Shown: in pieces, positions 13,081 through 25,646 of the stretch
Layout: every line of letters begins with the position of its first letter
Position numbering within the stretch: the first letter of the stretch is position 1
NCBI RefSeq assembly: GCF_006345805.1
Contig: NC_042997.1
Coordinates: 82,708,001-82,772,000, forward strand
Origin: Octopus sinensis
Lineage: Eukaryota
Direction of reading: 5' to 3'
Length of the DNA stretch: 64,000 bases
Translations under genes and position numbers: made by a program
The notes under the pieces: model-generated
Told to the model about the DNA's origin: nothing
The model's database searches: none
Seen by the model: the letters and a program-made list of their open reading frames with translations, nothing else

Positions 13081-13917
13081 TACCCTGTGTATGTAAGCGA
13101 AAGCAGAGTATTGTAATCACTTGTCTTTGTCTATGTGTTTGCAAAATTACTGGAAAATAGCTCAACAGATTTTCCCCAAATTTAGCAGAAATACTCATTG
13201 AGCGAGTGGCTCAAAATGATGAAAATTTATTTTAATTATCTTCTAACATACATAAATATATACACAGATGTGCGACTGTGTGTGTGTGTGTGTGTGTGTG
13301 TCTGTAGAGATGGATTTGGAGGTTTTGTTTATTTACGAGATGATTTCTTAATTTCACCGGAGTATAAAAATCTATAATGGGGATACTTAAAAAAAAAATC
13401 GAACTTATAATTTCCCAATAAGTGAGTGGTTATTTATAATCTACAATGAACTACAGTATGTTTGATTCACCTGCCATCATTGAAGGACATTCAAAACATT
13501 TCTCAAATTCTATGCAATATTTTTTATGAGTATTTCATTTTGTTCACCTTTTTCATATGATTTGACCCTCATCTGCATTGTGTATAGATCATGTTTTACC
13601 TATGTGCATAGATACATGTGGGTTCATACATACATATGCGACTGTATGTGTATGTATGTGTGTGTGTGTGCAGTGATAGATTCGAGGGTTTCGTTTATTT
13701 ATGAGTTGTTTCTGAATTTTTCCGGAGTATAAATACTTACAATGGTGATACTTAAAAAAAAAAGAATCGAACTTATAAATTTCCTGATTAGCAAGTTTAG
13801 TCAAAGCTTAATTCAGTTCAATTAAAAAGCATGGGTAAGCAGCACATTGTAAGTTACACTAATTTGCGAAAAAATTTATCTGTGCGCAGGGTATGCATTG
13901 CCCTTCTGATGCCTTTT

Positions 13918-13980
<63 letters not shown>

Positions 13981-14820
13981 CTGTGTATGTAAGCGAAAGC
14001 AGAGTATTGTAATCACTTGTCTTTGTCTATGTGTTTGCAAAATTACTGGAAAATAGCTCAACAGATTTTCCCCAAATTTAGCAGAAATACTCATTGAGCG
14101 AGTGGCTCAAAATGATGAAAATTTATTTTAATTATCTTCTAACATACATAAATATATACACAGATGTGCGACTGTGTGTGTGTGTGTGTGTGTGTGTGTC
14201 TGTAGAGATGGATTTGGAGGTTTTGTTTATTTACGAGATGATTTCTTAATTTCACCGGAGTATAAAAATCTATAATGGGGATACTTAAAAAAAAAATCGA
14301 ACTTATAATTTCCCAATAAGTGAGTGGTTATTTATAATCTACAATGAACTACAGTATGTTTGATTCACCTGCCATCATTGAAGGACATTCAAAACATTTC
14401 TCAAATTCTATGCAATATTTTTTATGAGTATTTCATTTTGTTCACCTTTTTCATATGATTTGACCCTCATCTGCATTGTGTATAGATCATGTTTTACCTA
14501 TGTGCATAGATACATGTGGGTTCATACATACATATGCGACTGTATGTGTATGTATGTGTGTGTGTGTGCAGTGATAGATTCGAGGGTTTCGTTTATTTAT
14601 GAGTTGTTTCTGAATTTTTCCGGAGTATAAATACTTACAATGGTGATACTTAAAAAAAAAAGAATCGAACTTATAAATTTCCTGATTAGCAAGTTTAGTC
14701 AAAGCTTAATTCAGTTCAATTAAAAAGCATGGGTAAGCAGCACATTGTAAGTTACACTAATTTGCGAAAAAATTTATCTGTGCGCAGGGTATGCATTGCC
14801 CTTCTGATGCCTTTTTTCAT
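13081..14820 (+). mobile_element. Two tandem, near-identical ~897-bp Helentron/HINE-like units
   Basis: Units start taccctgtg (13081, 13977) and end cgcagggta plus a gcat..atgc hairpin; duplicated ORFs lie 898 bp apart. Confidence 0.75.
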
Positions 14821-15343
14821 CATCATCATCATCATCATCATCATTATTATTATTATTATTAATATTATTATTATTTTATTATTATTAAGGTGGTGAGCTG
14901 GCAAAATTGTTAGCATGCTGGGCAAAATGCTTAGCTGTATTTTGTCTGACACTATGTACTCCAATGCTTATATTCATGGCTCAGTCAGCCAGTACCCGGG
15001 GGAGATCTGCGTTCATGAAGGTAGGAGTAAAAATCTTACTCTTACTCTTTAGGTTTAGAATTCTTTAGTATTTTTCTTTTCTTATTGAATCAGAGACTGC
15101 ACCAAATAAAATAATTGTAGATGTAATTAAGTACCCTCCTAATAAATTAAAAAATACAAGCAAAACAATATATACTGAAAAGCATATCATAATTAAAACT
15201 TCTTTTCTTGACTTTAAATCTACAAACTTTTTCCTATCACTTTATATATCGATCTTCTCATGATAAGTATATCTTCAGAAGCAAGCTTTCCTACTGACAA
15301 AATTCTGAAAGTTGATGATTTGTCTTGTGTCACAAATGTCTGT

Positions 15344-15847
15344 AAAGCTGTGTATTATATCATTAGATGGAGTTTAATTCAAAATTGCAAGCATTACTCC
15401 AATAGCAGTAGACTCTGTAGAATGGAAAAAGACTGATACTAAAGAACGCACACCTGGACTGTATCTGATTGCAAAATCTGAAATATTCACTCCTTGCTTG
15501 TAAAGTTAGTGCTCATGTGGCCACCTTCATTCCATTTATCTACCTTATTTTTTTACTGTCTGATTCTAGGATCAGATACCTGTACTCCATCCTACTCCTT
15601 CACTTATCCCTATATTCTTGTCTACTTTTAGCTTATCTTTTTTTCTTAACTTCTAAGCTTTAAGCAGAGTGCCACATGAACACTAACTAACAAGCAAGGA
15701 GTGAATATTTCAGATTTTGCAATCAGATACAGTCCAGGTGTGTGTTCTTTAGTATCAGTCTTTTTCCATTCTACAGAGTCTACTGCTATTGGAGTAATGC
15801 TTGTAATTTTGAATTAAACTCCATCCAATGATATAATACACAGCTTT
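15344..15847. repeat. Inverted repeat, ~177-bp arms, ~150-bp spacer
   Basis: 15344-15521 is the reverse complement of 15671-15847 with a few substitutions. Confidence 0.9.
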
Positions 15848-16823
15848 CTTATTTCAAAAATACATACTCGCTAACAACATATTTTACATCTTTTAGTTAC
15901 TGAATGAGGATATGTGGTTGTACAACAGTTTTTTTTTTTTTAAATAAGCCTTCTATTATTCTGCTTAACTATAACATGAAGCATGCATTATCTGGTTCCC
16001 TATAGTTGGCTTCTATCTCATGCAACCAAAGGAAACCTTAAGAGTATGTCTATCAGCTAACTTGCCTATGATAGACTTAACATTTAATGACTTTATAATG
16101 CTGCTATTTTTGGAGAGTCTTTGGGCATTGATGTAATAAGAGGGCTCTCTCTTACTAGAGGGTAGTTTCAAGATTTTCCTACTAACAGTTTTTACTAAGT
16201 TCTTAAAAACTGAATTAGGGCACTCTTTTCCCACATCAAATTTTTCTCTTCACCAGAGAAAAAAATCAAACAAGCTTAAATAGAAGAAGCTTCCTTGAAC
16301 TGGTTCAACTGTCTGCCAAGTATGACAGTATCAGCAGCAACCATCTAGATGCAATATAATGTATTTCATCTAAAAAGAAACCACAGGTGGCAAGGTTCTC
16401 AAATATTCAGAATGACATAATGAACTCTGGTTACTTACATTACAAAATCAATATCAAATGAAGTTAAAAGCAGTGACATATGTATTTCTTATGGATACCA
16501 CAACAGATGTCCCCATGCTGAATAGGCTTCTATGGGCAAACACTATAAGTCTGATAATGAAATCAGTGTTTCATTGAAAACAATGAAGTAGAGTTTACAA
16601 ATGGTGAAGAGCTGAGAAAACATGAAATTTCAGAGCTATGTTGGAAATGCTAATATGATCAGATTACATGAGAGGCTTCAGCCAGTGATTTTTCTCAATG
16701 AAAAATATATACGTTAACTTACATTTTCCTTGCTAAAACTTTGTGTTTGTAGAAAATGCAAAATCAAAGTAAAGAATTTATGGGTTTATTTCTGAATCAA
16801 GTTTGCAGCCTGCTTCACACATA

Positions 16824-19311
16824 CATCATCATCATCATCATCATCATTTAGCGTCCGTTTTCCATGCTAGCATGGGTTGGACGGTTCAACTGGGGTCTGG
16901 GGAGCCCGAAGGCTGCACCAGGCCAGTCAGATCTGGCAGTGTTTCTACAGCTGGATGCCCTTCCTAACGCCAACCACTCCGAGAGTGTAGTGGGTGATTT
17001 TATGTGCCACCGACACAGGTGCCAGACGAGGCTGGCGAACGGCCACGCTCGGATGGTGTTTTTTATGTGTCACCGACACAGGTGCCAGACGAGGCTGGCA
17101 GACGGCCACGCTCGGATGGTGTTTTTATGTGCCACCGACACAGGTGCCAGATGAGGTTGGCGAACGGCCACGATCGGATGGTGTTTGTTACGTGCCCACA
17201 GCACGGAGGCCAGTCGATGCGGTACTGGCTACGGCCACGTTCGGATGGTTTTCTTGTGTGCCACCGGCACTGGTACCACAAAGATACAAATTCCATTGAT
17301 GTTCATCTATTTTGATTTGTTTTGATTTTCACTTGCCTCAACAGGTCTTCACAAGTGTCACAAGAAGGAAGGTATGCACAGGTGGACTGACTACGTCCCA
17401 GGTAGGGGCCACGGGTTATGGCCTGACTAGTCTTGCCGGGTCTTCGGATGGTGTTTTTATGTGCCACCGACACAGGTGCCAGATGAGGCTGGCGAACGGC
17501 CACGATCAGATGGTGTTTGTTACGTGCCCACAGCACGGAGGCCAGTCGATGCGGTACTGGCTACGGCCACGTTCGGATGGTTTTCTTGTGTGCCACCGGC
17601 ACTGGTACCGCAAAGATACAAATTCCATTGATGTTCATCTATTTTGATTTGTTTTGATTTGATTTGATTTGATTTTCACTTGCCTCAACAGGTCTTCACA
17701 AGTGTCACAAGAAGGAAGGAAGGTATGCACAGGTGGACTGACTACGTCCCAGGTAGGGGCCACGGGTTATGGCCTGACTAGTCTTGCCGGGTCTTCGGAT
17801 GGTGTTTTTATGTGCCACCGACACAGGTGCCAGATGAGGCTAGTCTTGCCGGGTCTTCGGATGGTGTTTTTATGTGCCACCGACACAGGTGTCAGATGAG
17901 GCTGGCGAACGGCCACGATCGGATGGTGTTTGTTATGTGCCCACAGCACGGAGGCCAGTCGATGCGGTACTGGCTACGGCCACGTTCGGATGGTTTTCTT
18001 GTGTGCCACCGGCACTGGTATCACAAAGATACAAATTCCATTGATGTTCATCTATTTTGATTTGTTTTGATTTTCACTTGCCTCAACAGGTCTTCACAAG
18101 TGCTACAAGAAGGAAGGTATGCACAGGTGGACTGACTACGTCCCAGGTAGGGGCCACGGGTTATGGCCTGACTAGTCTTGCCGGGTCTTCGGATGGTGTT
18201 TTTATGTGCCACCGACACAGGTGCCAGATGAGGCTGGCGAACGGCCTTGATCGGATGGTGTTTATGTGCCCACAGCACAGAGGCCAGTCGATGCGGTACT
18301 GGCTACGGCCACGTTCGGATGGTTTTCTTGTGTGCCACCGGCACTGGTACCACAAAGATACAAATTCCATTGATGTTCATCTATTTTGATTTGTTTTGAT
18401 TTGATTTGATTTGATTTTCACTTGCCTTAACAGGTCTTCACAAGTGTCACAAGAAGGAAGGTATGCACAGGTGGACTGACTACGTCCCAGGTAGGGCCCA
18501 TGGGTTATGGCCTGACTAGTCTTGCCGGGTCTTCTCACGCACAGCATACTTCCATAGGTCTCGGTCTCTAGTCATTTCCTTAGTGGGACCTAAAGTTCAA
18601 AGGTCGTGCTTCACCACCTCGTCCCAGGTTTTCCTGGGTCTACCTCTTCCACAGGTTCCCTCAACTGCTAGGGTGTAGCACTTTTGCACACAACTATCTT
18701 CAGCCATTCTCGTCACATGACCATACCAGCGCAGCCGTCTCTCTTGCACACCACAACTGACGCTTCTTAGGTTCAACTTTTCTCTCAAGGTACTTACACT
18801 CTGACGATTATGAACACTGACATTACACATCCATCGGAGCATACTGGCTTCATTTCTTGCGAGCTTACGCATATCCTCAGCAGTCACGGCCCATGTTTCA
18901 CTACCATGTAGCATGGCTGTACGTACACATGCATCATACAGTCTGCCTTTTACTCTGAGCGAGAGGCCTTTTGTCACCAGCAGGGGTAAGAGCTCTCTAA
19001 ACTTTGCCCAGGCTATTCTTACTCTAGCAGTTACACTTTCAGCACACCCACCCCCGCTACTGACTTGGTCTCCTAGGTAGCGGAAGCTATCAACTACTTC
19101 TAGTTTGTCTCCCTGGAACATGGTAGAAGTTGGTCTCTGCACATTTCCAGTGTTTATTGCTCCTGAGCATCTGCCACAGACAAAAACTATTTTCCTAGTT
19201 AGCCTTCCTTTGACATTGCTGCACCTCTTATGTGTCCATAGCTTACACTTGGTGCACCTTATAGAGTTTCTACCTACACCTTTTTTACAGATCGAGCAGG
19301 GCCATCTACCT
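16824..19311 (-). mobile_element. 5'-truncated RTE-clade LINE with reiterated 3'UTR and (ATG)n tail
   Basis: ORF 18597..19142 has VDSFRYLGD, LHGSETW, RLRWYGHV, RGRPRKTW; a PHD-like Cys/His remnant at ~19150-19300; tail reads (cat)n on +. Confidence 0.92.
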
Positions 19312-19788
19312 GTTTAAAAATTGAAATAGCTCTCTGAAACAAGACTGCAGAATAGTCACTTTGAAATCTTTAAAGACATTTATAGCACATGTACAATTTC
19401 TTATCAAGATATATGAAAGTAATCCACCAAAATCAGCAAGTAAATATGCAGCATCAACTTTGGTTTTCTTCTTTGCCTTGTAATTGAAACACCAGTATTC
19501 ATTGAGGCAGCTGTTGTATCAAAAGTTCGTTGACAGCAAGACATTGATGTTTAAAACTGCATGTTCAGTCATCAATGATACTATTGAAAAGTCTTAATAA
19601 GAAGAATTCAAGATTTATATATTAGAATATGTAACTCAACTGGCACATGATGCAGATATAGAGGTTCTATAGGAAAAGCTTAGTCAGAGCAGATTTAGAA
19701 AAGTGCCAGCAAGGTTCATGTAGAGATTGTCTGCAGTAGCAGATTAATCTTAATAGAGATTGGAAAAGCTGTTTCATGTGAAAGTATT

Positions 19789-20363
19789 TGTAAGAATTAG
19801 CACTTCCTTCTCAAAGCTTGGATTCGAAATCAGACCCAAGAATCATTGGTCGTAAAATACCAATGCACAAAAAGGCGCGAAATCAGAATCTCTTTGTTCT
19901 GACAAAAAATGATGGATCGTCTCCCTTCGACCTCTGACCCGAGCAGGTCAGGCGAAGTTTAACAGGACGACCAGCGACCTACTGTACGCAATAACACTCT
20001 TGCGGTATATCTATTTTTCTGGCTATTTGAGATGTTATAAATAGAACGGAGAAATAGGTATCTAGAGAGAAGCCGAACCAACGTTTAAGAGAACGTCACG
20101 CATTTATGAGGACGACGAAAGAATATTCAGAAAGGTGACTCTGTCATGCATGATTTACACACACGCACCATCAAACATATTCTGCTTTAATGTGTATCCT
20201 GTATTATGCATTCCTTTAATATGTATTATTTGCAACCACTATTTAATATGCATTTTGTACAAGCGATGTGTAACATTGCTTACAAATTGATGTAGTGATA
20301 ATAGATCTTTAATTTATTACAAAGCACTTATGTATTTATTAATACATCCACGCATCCACTACA
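19789..20363 (+). repeat. 5' LTR
   Basis: tgtaagaattagc...catccactaca; I see only one indel and one substitution versus the 3' LTR. Confidence 0.96.
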
Positions 20364-20365
20364 TT

Positions 20366-20376
20366 TGGTGACCCTG
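20366..20376 (+). promoter_or_regulatory. Primer-binding site, tRNA-Trp-like
   Basis: TGGTGACCC 2 nt after the LTR, complementary to the tRNA-Trp 3' end. Confidence 0.75.
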
Positions 20377-20481
20377 TAAAACGAATCGCGCCTTCCCTGG
20401 AACCAGCTTCATCAACCGCGTCGAAGAATTACAGTTTGCACATCACCAGCAACGAAGCAACTGAAAATTCCGACGAAAACA

Positions 20482-21357
20482 ATGAATCTCCCGGAACAAA
20501 ACCCAGCGGCCAACATCGACATGGCATTCCAAGCGGCGATCTCGTTAAAAATTCCACCATTCTGGACCCACGACCCGACATTGTGGTTTCACCATATAGA
20601 GGCACAGTTTGCCTCTCACAGAATATCGAGCGATGCGGCTCGACTTTCTCACGTTATCAGTTCTCTGTCACCAGAAATAACGAACGTGATACGCGACCTT
20701 ATCATGGCACCACCCGGTTCTGTTTCATATGAAGTTTTTAAAACCACGTTAATAAACAGAACCTCAGAATCCCAACAAAAAAGACTTCACCAGCTTCTGA
20801 TATCGGAAGAATTGGGTGACAAAACGCCGTCCCAGCTTCTTCGGAGAATGAAACAGCTTCTCGGAGATGAGACGCTCCCAGAAAAAATCTTCAAGCAACT
20901 TTTTCTCCAGCGTCTGCCCTCCAATACCCAGGTTGTTCTCGCGTCCACCAGAGAAAACACATCCCTTGAAGAACTGGCGGAGCTAGCTGACAAAATAGCC
21001 GAAGTACCGCACAGATATCCAACGGTATCGACGGTGACGCCAGCCGCTCCCAGTACCAATCCTTTCCGTGCACAAACCAGTTCTTCAGAGATTTCGGATT
21101 TGCGTGCATTAATGACGCAGCAAGCTGCGCAAATACAAATTCTCACAGCCCAAATACAAGCCCTAAAGTTTAGTCCTCAGCGTCGAAGCACCAGCCGATC
21201 TCGACGAGATGGCAGACGGTCTCGAAGCCCCAGTGCTACCCGAAACTCACATGACACGTGTTGGTACCACCGAACATTCGGAACACGGGCACAAAAATGT
21301 ACGGTACCGTGCTCGTTTTCCTCACCCAGTTCGGGAAACGGCACAGCCAGGAATTGA
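20482..21357 (+). CDS. gag: Gag (291 aa)
   Basis: [30 protein letters not shown]-x9-C-x3-C (CHCC) motif. Confidence 0.93.
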   Translation: MNLPEQNPAANIDMAFQAAISLKIPPFWTHDPTLWFHHIEAQFASHRISSDAARLSHVISSLSPEITNVIRDLIMAPPGSVSYEVFKTTLINRTSESQQKRLHQLLISEELGDKTPSQLLRRMKQLLGDETLPEKIFKQLFLQRLPSNTQVVLASTRENTSLEELAELADKIAEVPHRYPTVSTVTPAAPSTNPFRAQTSSSEISDLRALMTQQAAQIQILTAQIQALKFSPQRRSTSRSRRDGRRSRSPSATRNSHDTCWYHRTFGTRAQKCTVPCSFSSPSSGNGTARN

Positions 21358-21381
21358 ACGCGACGGAAGTTCCTGGTTCGC
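21333..21381 (+). promoter_or_regulatory. -1 ribosomal frameshift signal (G GGA AAC plus predicted pseudoknot)
   Basis: Heptamer in the gag frame, 6-nt spacer, 10-bp stem 21346-55/21368-77, second stem GCGA/TCGC; pol is in the -1 frame. Confidence 0.8.
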
Positions 21382-24300
21382 ACCCACACAGTCGCCTGTT
21401 TTTCGTTTGCGATCGTGTAACAGGCACGCGTTTCCTGGTTGACACAGGTGCGGAAGTCAGCATCATCCCAGTCTCCAACACTTCTGGAAAAAGAAAAGAG
21501 ACATCAGTCTGTCTTCAGGCAGTCAACCATTCACCCATTCCAACCTACGGTGAACAGTCCCTAACATTAAACATAGGACTACGCCGCACATTTCAGTGGG
21601 TATTCGTCGTCGCTAAACTGCCGACCCCTATCTTAGGAGCCGATTTCCTGCATCATTTCGGTCTCCTGGTAGACATAAAGAACAGACGACTTGTCGACAC
21701 CACCACCAAGCTTACTGTGCGCGGTATAGCCGCTCGAATGGATACAGTCAGCCCAACTGTAATGCTTACGACAACGACTCGTCACAGTTCCATCCTGAAT
21801 GATTATCCAGATGTCGCCCGGCCAGTTTTTCATAACCAGCCGATAAAGCACGACGTTACCCACCACATCAAAACCAGCGGTCCACCTGTTGCTGCAAGGC
21901 CCAGAAGGTTACCACCTGATCGTCTCCAGGCCGTCAAGCGGGAATTCCAGCACATGCTCGACCTCGGAATCATCCGCGTTTCCAGCAGCAACTGGTCCTC
22001 GCCGATACACTGCGTCCCAAAAAAATCATCGACCGATTGGCGGGTTTGCGGCGATTATCGATCACTGAATAAAAGCACTATCAGTGATGCCTATCCGGTG
22101 CCTTTTCTTCAGGACTTTTCGAGCTCGCTGCATGGAGCTCGCATCTTTTCAAAAATCGACCTGGTGCGAGCATACAACCAAATCCCAGTCGAACCTGCAG
22201 ACATCTCAAAGACAGCAGTGACTACACCTTTCGGAATGTTTGAATTCCTGCGTATGCCTTTCGGTTTACGAAACGCGGCACAGACATTCCAAAGGTTTAT
22301 CGACATGGTGACTAGAGGTTTGCCTTTCGTCTATGCCTACATAGACGACATACTCGTGGCCAGTAACTCGGACGAAGAGCATAATCAACACCTTCACCTG
22401 CTATTCGAACGTTTACGTAAATTCGGAATTGTTATCAACCCTACTAAATGTTTGTTCGGAGTTGCTTCCCTTCATTTTCTCGGTCATATAGTCGATAAAA
22501 ATGGAATTCGTCCCCTTCCCGAGAAAGTCAAGGCCATCGTGGATTTTCCACCACCCACATCTCTCCGCAAATTAAGGGAATATCTCGGTCTAGCGAATTT
22601 CTATCGACGGTTCGTGCCCCACCTCGCTGAAATAGCGCAACCGCTCACGGATTTGCTACGTCAGCGAACCTGCAAAAACGCAGATATAGCTCTGACCGAA
22701 GATCAACTCGTTTCTTTCGCTGCCCTGAAAAAAGCGTTATCTAGCGCTACCATGTTGGTTTATCCAAAACCAGACGCCCCACGATGTTTACTAGTTGATG
22801 CATCCGATTCCGGAATCGGAGGTGTGCTACAACAGCTTGTTGACGGTATATGGCAACCGTTGTCTTTCTTTTCTAAGCGGTTAAAACCCGCGGAAACCAA
22901 ATACAGCACATTCAGTCGGGAATTATTGGCGGCATACCTGGCCGTTAAGCATTTCCGTCATATGCTAGAAGGTACCAATTTTGCCATATATACCGACCAC
23001 AAGCCATTAGTATACGCATTTAACACCAAACCGGATCGCCATTCGCCAAGAGAAATACGCCACCTCGATTTCATATCGCAGTACACGACGGATATACGCC
23101 ACATCAAAGGGACGACCAACGTGGCAGCTGATGCACTTTCACGTGCGCAGATCAATGCTATCCACACCACGTCTACAATTGATCTGGCACGTATAGCAGC
23201 TGACCAGGAGAATGACGAAGAACTTCTAAAGCTCCGGAATTCGTCATCTCTGAAATTTCAGCATGTTCCACTACCATCATCCACAGCCCATATATGGTGT
23301 GATATTTCCACTGGTTACCAACGCCCTTATGTACCACAGAAATATCGTCGAGAAGTTTTCTCCGCTCTACATTCTCTGTCACATCCTGGTATTCGCTCCA
23401 CTCAAAAGCTAATATCGACCCGTTTTGTGTGGACCAGTATCAACAAGGATATCAGAGAATGGACCAAGTGCTGTGTTGCGTGCCAAAAAGCGAAAATCCA
23501 CCGGCACATAAAATCACCAATCGGTTCATTTTCGCAGCCCGATGCACGATTTCAGCACGTTCACATTGATATCGTTGGACCCCTGCCACCTTCGCAGAAC
23601 TATTCATATTTGCTAACTTGCGTAGATAGGTTCTCGCGATGGCCCGAAGCCTGGCCCCTATCTGATATATCAGCAGAAACGGTCGCTAAAACGCTGATAT
23701 CACAATGGGTTTCGCGTTTTGGCACACCCGCAACAATTACCACCGACAGAGGACGTCAGTTCGATTCCCACCTTTTCACCGAGCTGACTCGTCTCCTCGG
23801 GTGTAAACACACCCGCACTACAGCTTACCACCCTGCAGCAAATGGCATGGTGGAACGCTTTCACCGCCAACTCAAGGCATCTATAAAAGCAGCTCCAGAC
23901 AGTTCTCACTGGTTGGAACATCTCCCTCTCATCCTCCTTGGAATTCGATCCACGATTAAGGAAGAACTGGGATATACTCCGGCCGAACTCGTTTATGGCA
24001 CAACACTCACCTTACCTGGGCAGATGATCGAACCTGTTTCACAAAACTTCCCTGACCCACAACAATATGTGCACCGATTACGAACATCCATGTCGCAAGT
24101 ATCACCCTCAGGCCCTAGACAACAGAACGTCGTTTCACGTGTCCCAAAAGATATCAACACATGGACTCATGTCTTCGTGAGGAATGATGGGATACCCTCT
24201 CAACTTCGACCACCATATTCCGGGCCCTACAAGGTCATCAAAAGAGAACCCAAGTATTTCGTCCTCGATATTGGAGGTAAACGAAATACGGTCTCGATTG

Positions 24301-24497
24301 ATCGTTTAAAAAAAGCTTTCATCGAGGACTTACATTCAGTCCCCTCTTTTCCTCAAACAGACTCGGCAACTCCAGCGAACACCACAGATGCTGCACAACC
24401 CCGACACACCAAATCAGGAAGAACAGTTCGATGGCCAGCAAGGTTTGTGCAAGTTTTTCGGGTAAGTTCTGAACTCCTAACGTATCCATCTTCCTAA
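21339..24497 (+). CDS. pol: Pol polyprotein (protease, RT, RNase H, integrase), reached by frameshift
   Basis: FLVDTGA; RMPFGL, YIDD; DAS..RELLA; H-H-C-C, DIVGP..TDRG..ERFH; GPY motif; uninterrupted ORF. Confidence 0.96.
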   Translation, partial: RHSQELNATEVPGSHPHSRLFFVCDRVTGTRFLVDTGAEVSIIPVSNTSGKRKETSVCLQAVNHSPIPTYGEQSLTLNIGLRRTFQWVFVVAKLPTPILGADFLHHFGLLVDIKNRRLVDTTTKLTVRGIAARMDTVSPTVMLTTTTRHSSILNDYPDVARPVFHNQPIKHDVTHHIKTSGPPVAARPRRLPPDRLQAVKREFQHMLDLGIIRVSSSNWSSPIHCVPKKSSTDWRVCGDYRSLNKSTISDAYPVPFLQDFSSSLHGARIFSKIDLVRAYNQIPVEPADISKTAVTTPFGMFEFLRMPFGLRNAAQTFQRFIDMVTRGLPFVYAYIDDILVASNSDEEHNQHLHLLFERLRKFGIVINPTKCLFGVASLHFLGHIVDKNGIRPLPEKVKAIVDFPPPTSLRKLREYLGLANFYRRFVPHLAEIAQPLTDLLRQRTCKNADIALTEDQLVSFAALKKALSSATMLVYPKPDAPRCLLVDASDSGIGGVLQQLVDGIWQPLSFFSKRLKPAETKYSTFSRELLAAYLAVKHFRHMLEGTNFAIYTDHKPLVYAFNTKPDRHSPREIRHLDFISQYTTDIRHIKGTTNVAADALSRAQINAIHTTSTIDLARIAADQENDEELLKLRNSSSLKFQHVPLPSSTAHIWCDISTGYQRPYVPQKYRREVFSALHSLSHPGIRSTQKLISTRFVWTSINKDIREWTKCCVACQKAKIHRHIKSPIGSFSQPDARFQHVHIDIVGPLPPSQNYSYLLTCVDRFSRWPEAWPLSDISAETVAKTLISQWVSRFGTPATITTDRGRQFDSHLFTELTRLLGCKHTRTTAYHPAANGMVERFHRQLKASIKAAPDSSHWLEHLPLILLGIRSTIKEELGYTPAELVYGTTLTLPGQMIEPVSQNFPDPQQYVHRLRTSMSQVSPSGPRQQNVVSRVPKDINTWTHVFVRNDGIPSQLRPPYSGPYKVIKREPKYFVLDIGGKRNTVSIDRLKKAFIEDLHSVPSFPQTDSATPANTTDAAQPRHTKSGRTVRWPARFVQVFRVSSELLTYPSS

Positions 24498-25059
24498 TGA
24501 ACACATAACTGCATCACCCACCCAGAGAAATCAAAGAACATTTGTGTACGTAAAGAAAAAAAAAAATGAAAACAAAAACTGTCTGTATGAACTTTTACGG
24601 AACATTTCAAAATCGAACTTTGCCGATGAACATTTCTTTCATTTTTGCACGTACATATTTTTTGTTTTCTTTTCAAAATGTTTGCTTTCTCATAAATATA
24701 TTTTTTTGCTAACTGTATATCCACACACATTTACAAATCTTGTTCTCATGCGTGCTATCACTCGATTTTTTTTTTCTCCACTGAAAGATACCTTGTCTCT
24801 ATTAGACCTCTAGTAGGTCGAGTAATCAATAGACGCACATCTCTTTCAACGCGCCAACATAATTCTGCCTGGGCACATATACATATTGCCCACCATATAG
24901 CACATACAAATTGTAAACCTTTCATGCATATTTTTATCGTTCAATGTGTAAAAAAAATTTTTTTTCTACATGCACACAATCAAAAAAAAAAAAAAATAAA
25001 ATAAAAATAATAATAATAATACATTTCCAATATCGTTCGATCTCTGTGGCTTTCTCACT

Positions 25060-25072
25060 AGAAGGGGGGTAG
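25060..25072 (+). promoter_or_regulatory. Polypurine tract
   Basis: agaaggggggtag abuts the 3' LTR. Confidence 0.85.
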
Positions 25073-25646
25073 TGTAAGAATTAGCACTTCCTTCTCAAAG
25101 CTTGGATTCGAAATCAGACCCAAGAATCATTGGTCGTAAAATACCAATGCACAAAAAGGCGCGAAATCAGAATCTCTTTGTTCTGACAAAAAATGATGGA
25201 TCGTCTCCCTTCGACCTCTGACCCGAGCAGGTCAGGCGAAGTTAACAGGACGACCAGCGACCTACTGTACGCAATAACACTCTTGCGGTATATCTATTTT
25301 TCTGGCTATTTGAGATGTTATAAATAGAACGGAGAAATAGGTATCTAGAGAGAAGCCGAACCAACGTTTAAGAGAACGTCACGCATTTATGAGGACGACG
25401 AAAGAATATTCAGAAAGGTGACTCTGTCATGCATGATTTACACACACGCACCATCAAACATATTCTGCTTTAATGTGTATCCTGTATTATGCATTCCTTT
25501 AATATGTATTATTTGCAACCACTATTTAATATGCATTTTGTACAAGCGATGTGTAACATTGCTTACAAATTGATGTAGTGATAATAAATCTTTAATTTAT
25601 TACAAAGCACTTATGTATTTATTAATACATCCACGCATCCACTACA
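25073..25646 (+). repeat. 3' LTR
   Basis: Direct repeat of 19789-20363. Confidence 0.96.

Larger units (their letters stand above)
19789..25646 (+). mobile_element. Full-length young Ty3/Gypsy LTR retrotransposon, CsRn1-like clade
   Basis: TG..CA LTRs of 575/574 bp, PBS, PPT, open gag with CHCC knuckle, open pol in PR-RT-RH-IN order. Confidence 0.97.

Noticed and set aside
16864-18389. Repetitive Cys/His-rich ORFs (MCHRHRCQ...)
   Set aside because: Antisense translations of the LINE 3'UTR subrepeats, recurring at every copy.
16990-18400. CRISPR-like regularly spaced repeats
   Set aside because: The intervening sequences are themselves repeated, there are no cas genes, and the context is eukaryotic; this is the RTE 3'UTR.
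20787-23921. Antisense ORFs within gag/pol
   Set aside because: Short shadows of a GC-balanced coding strand.
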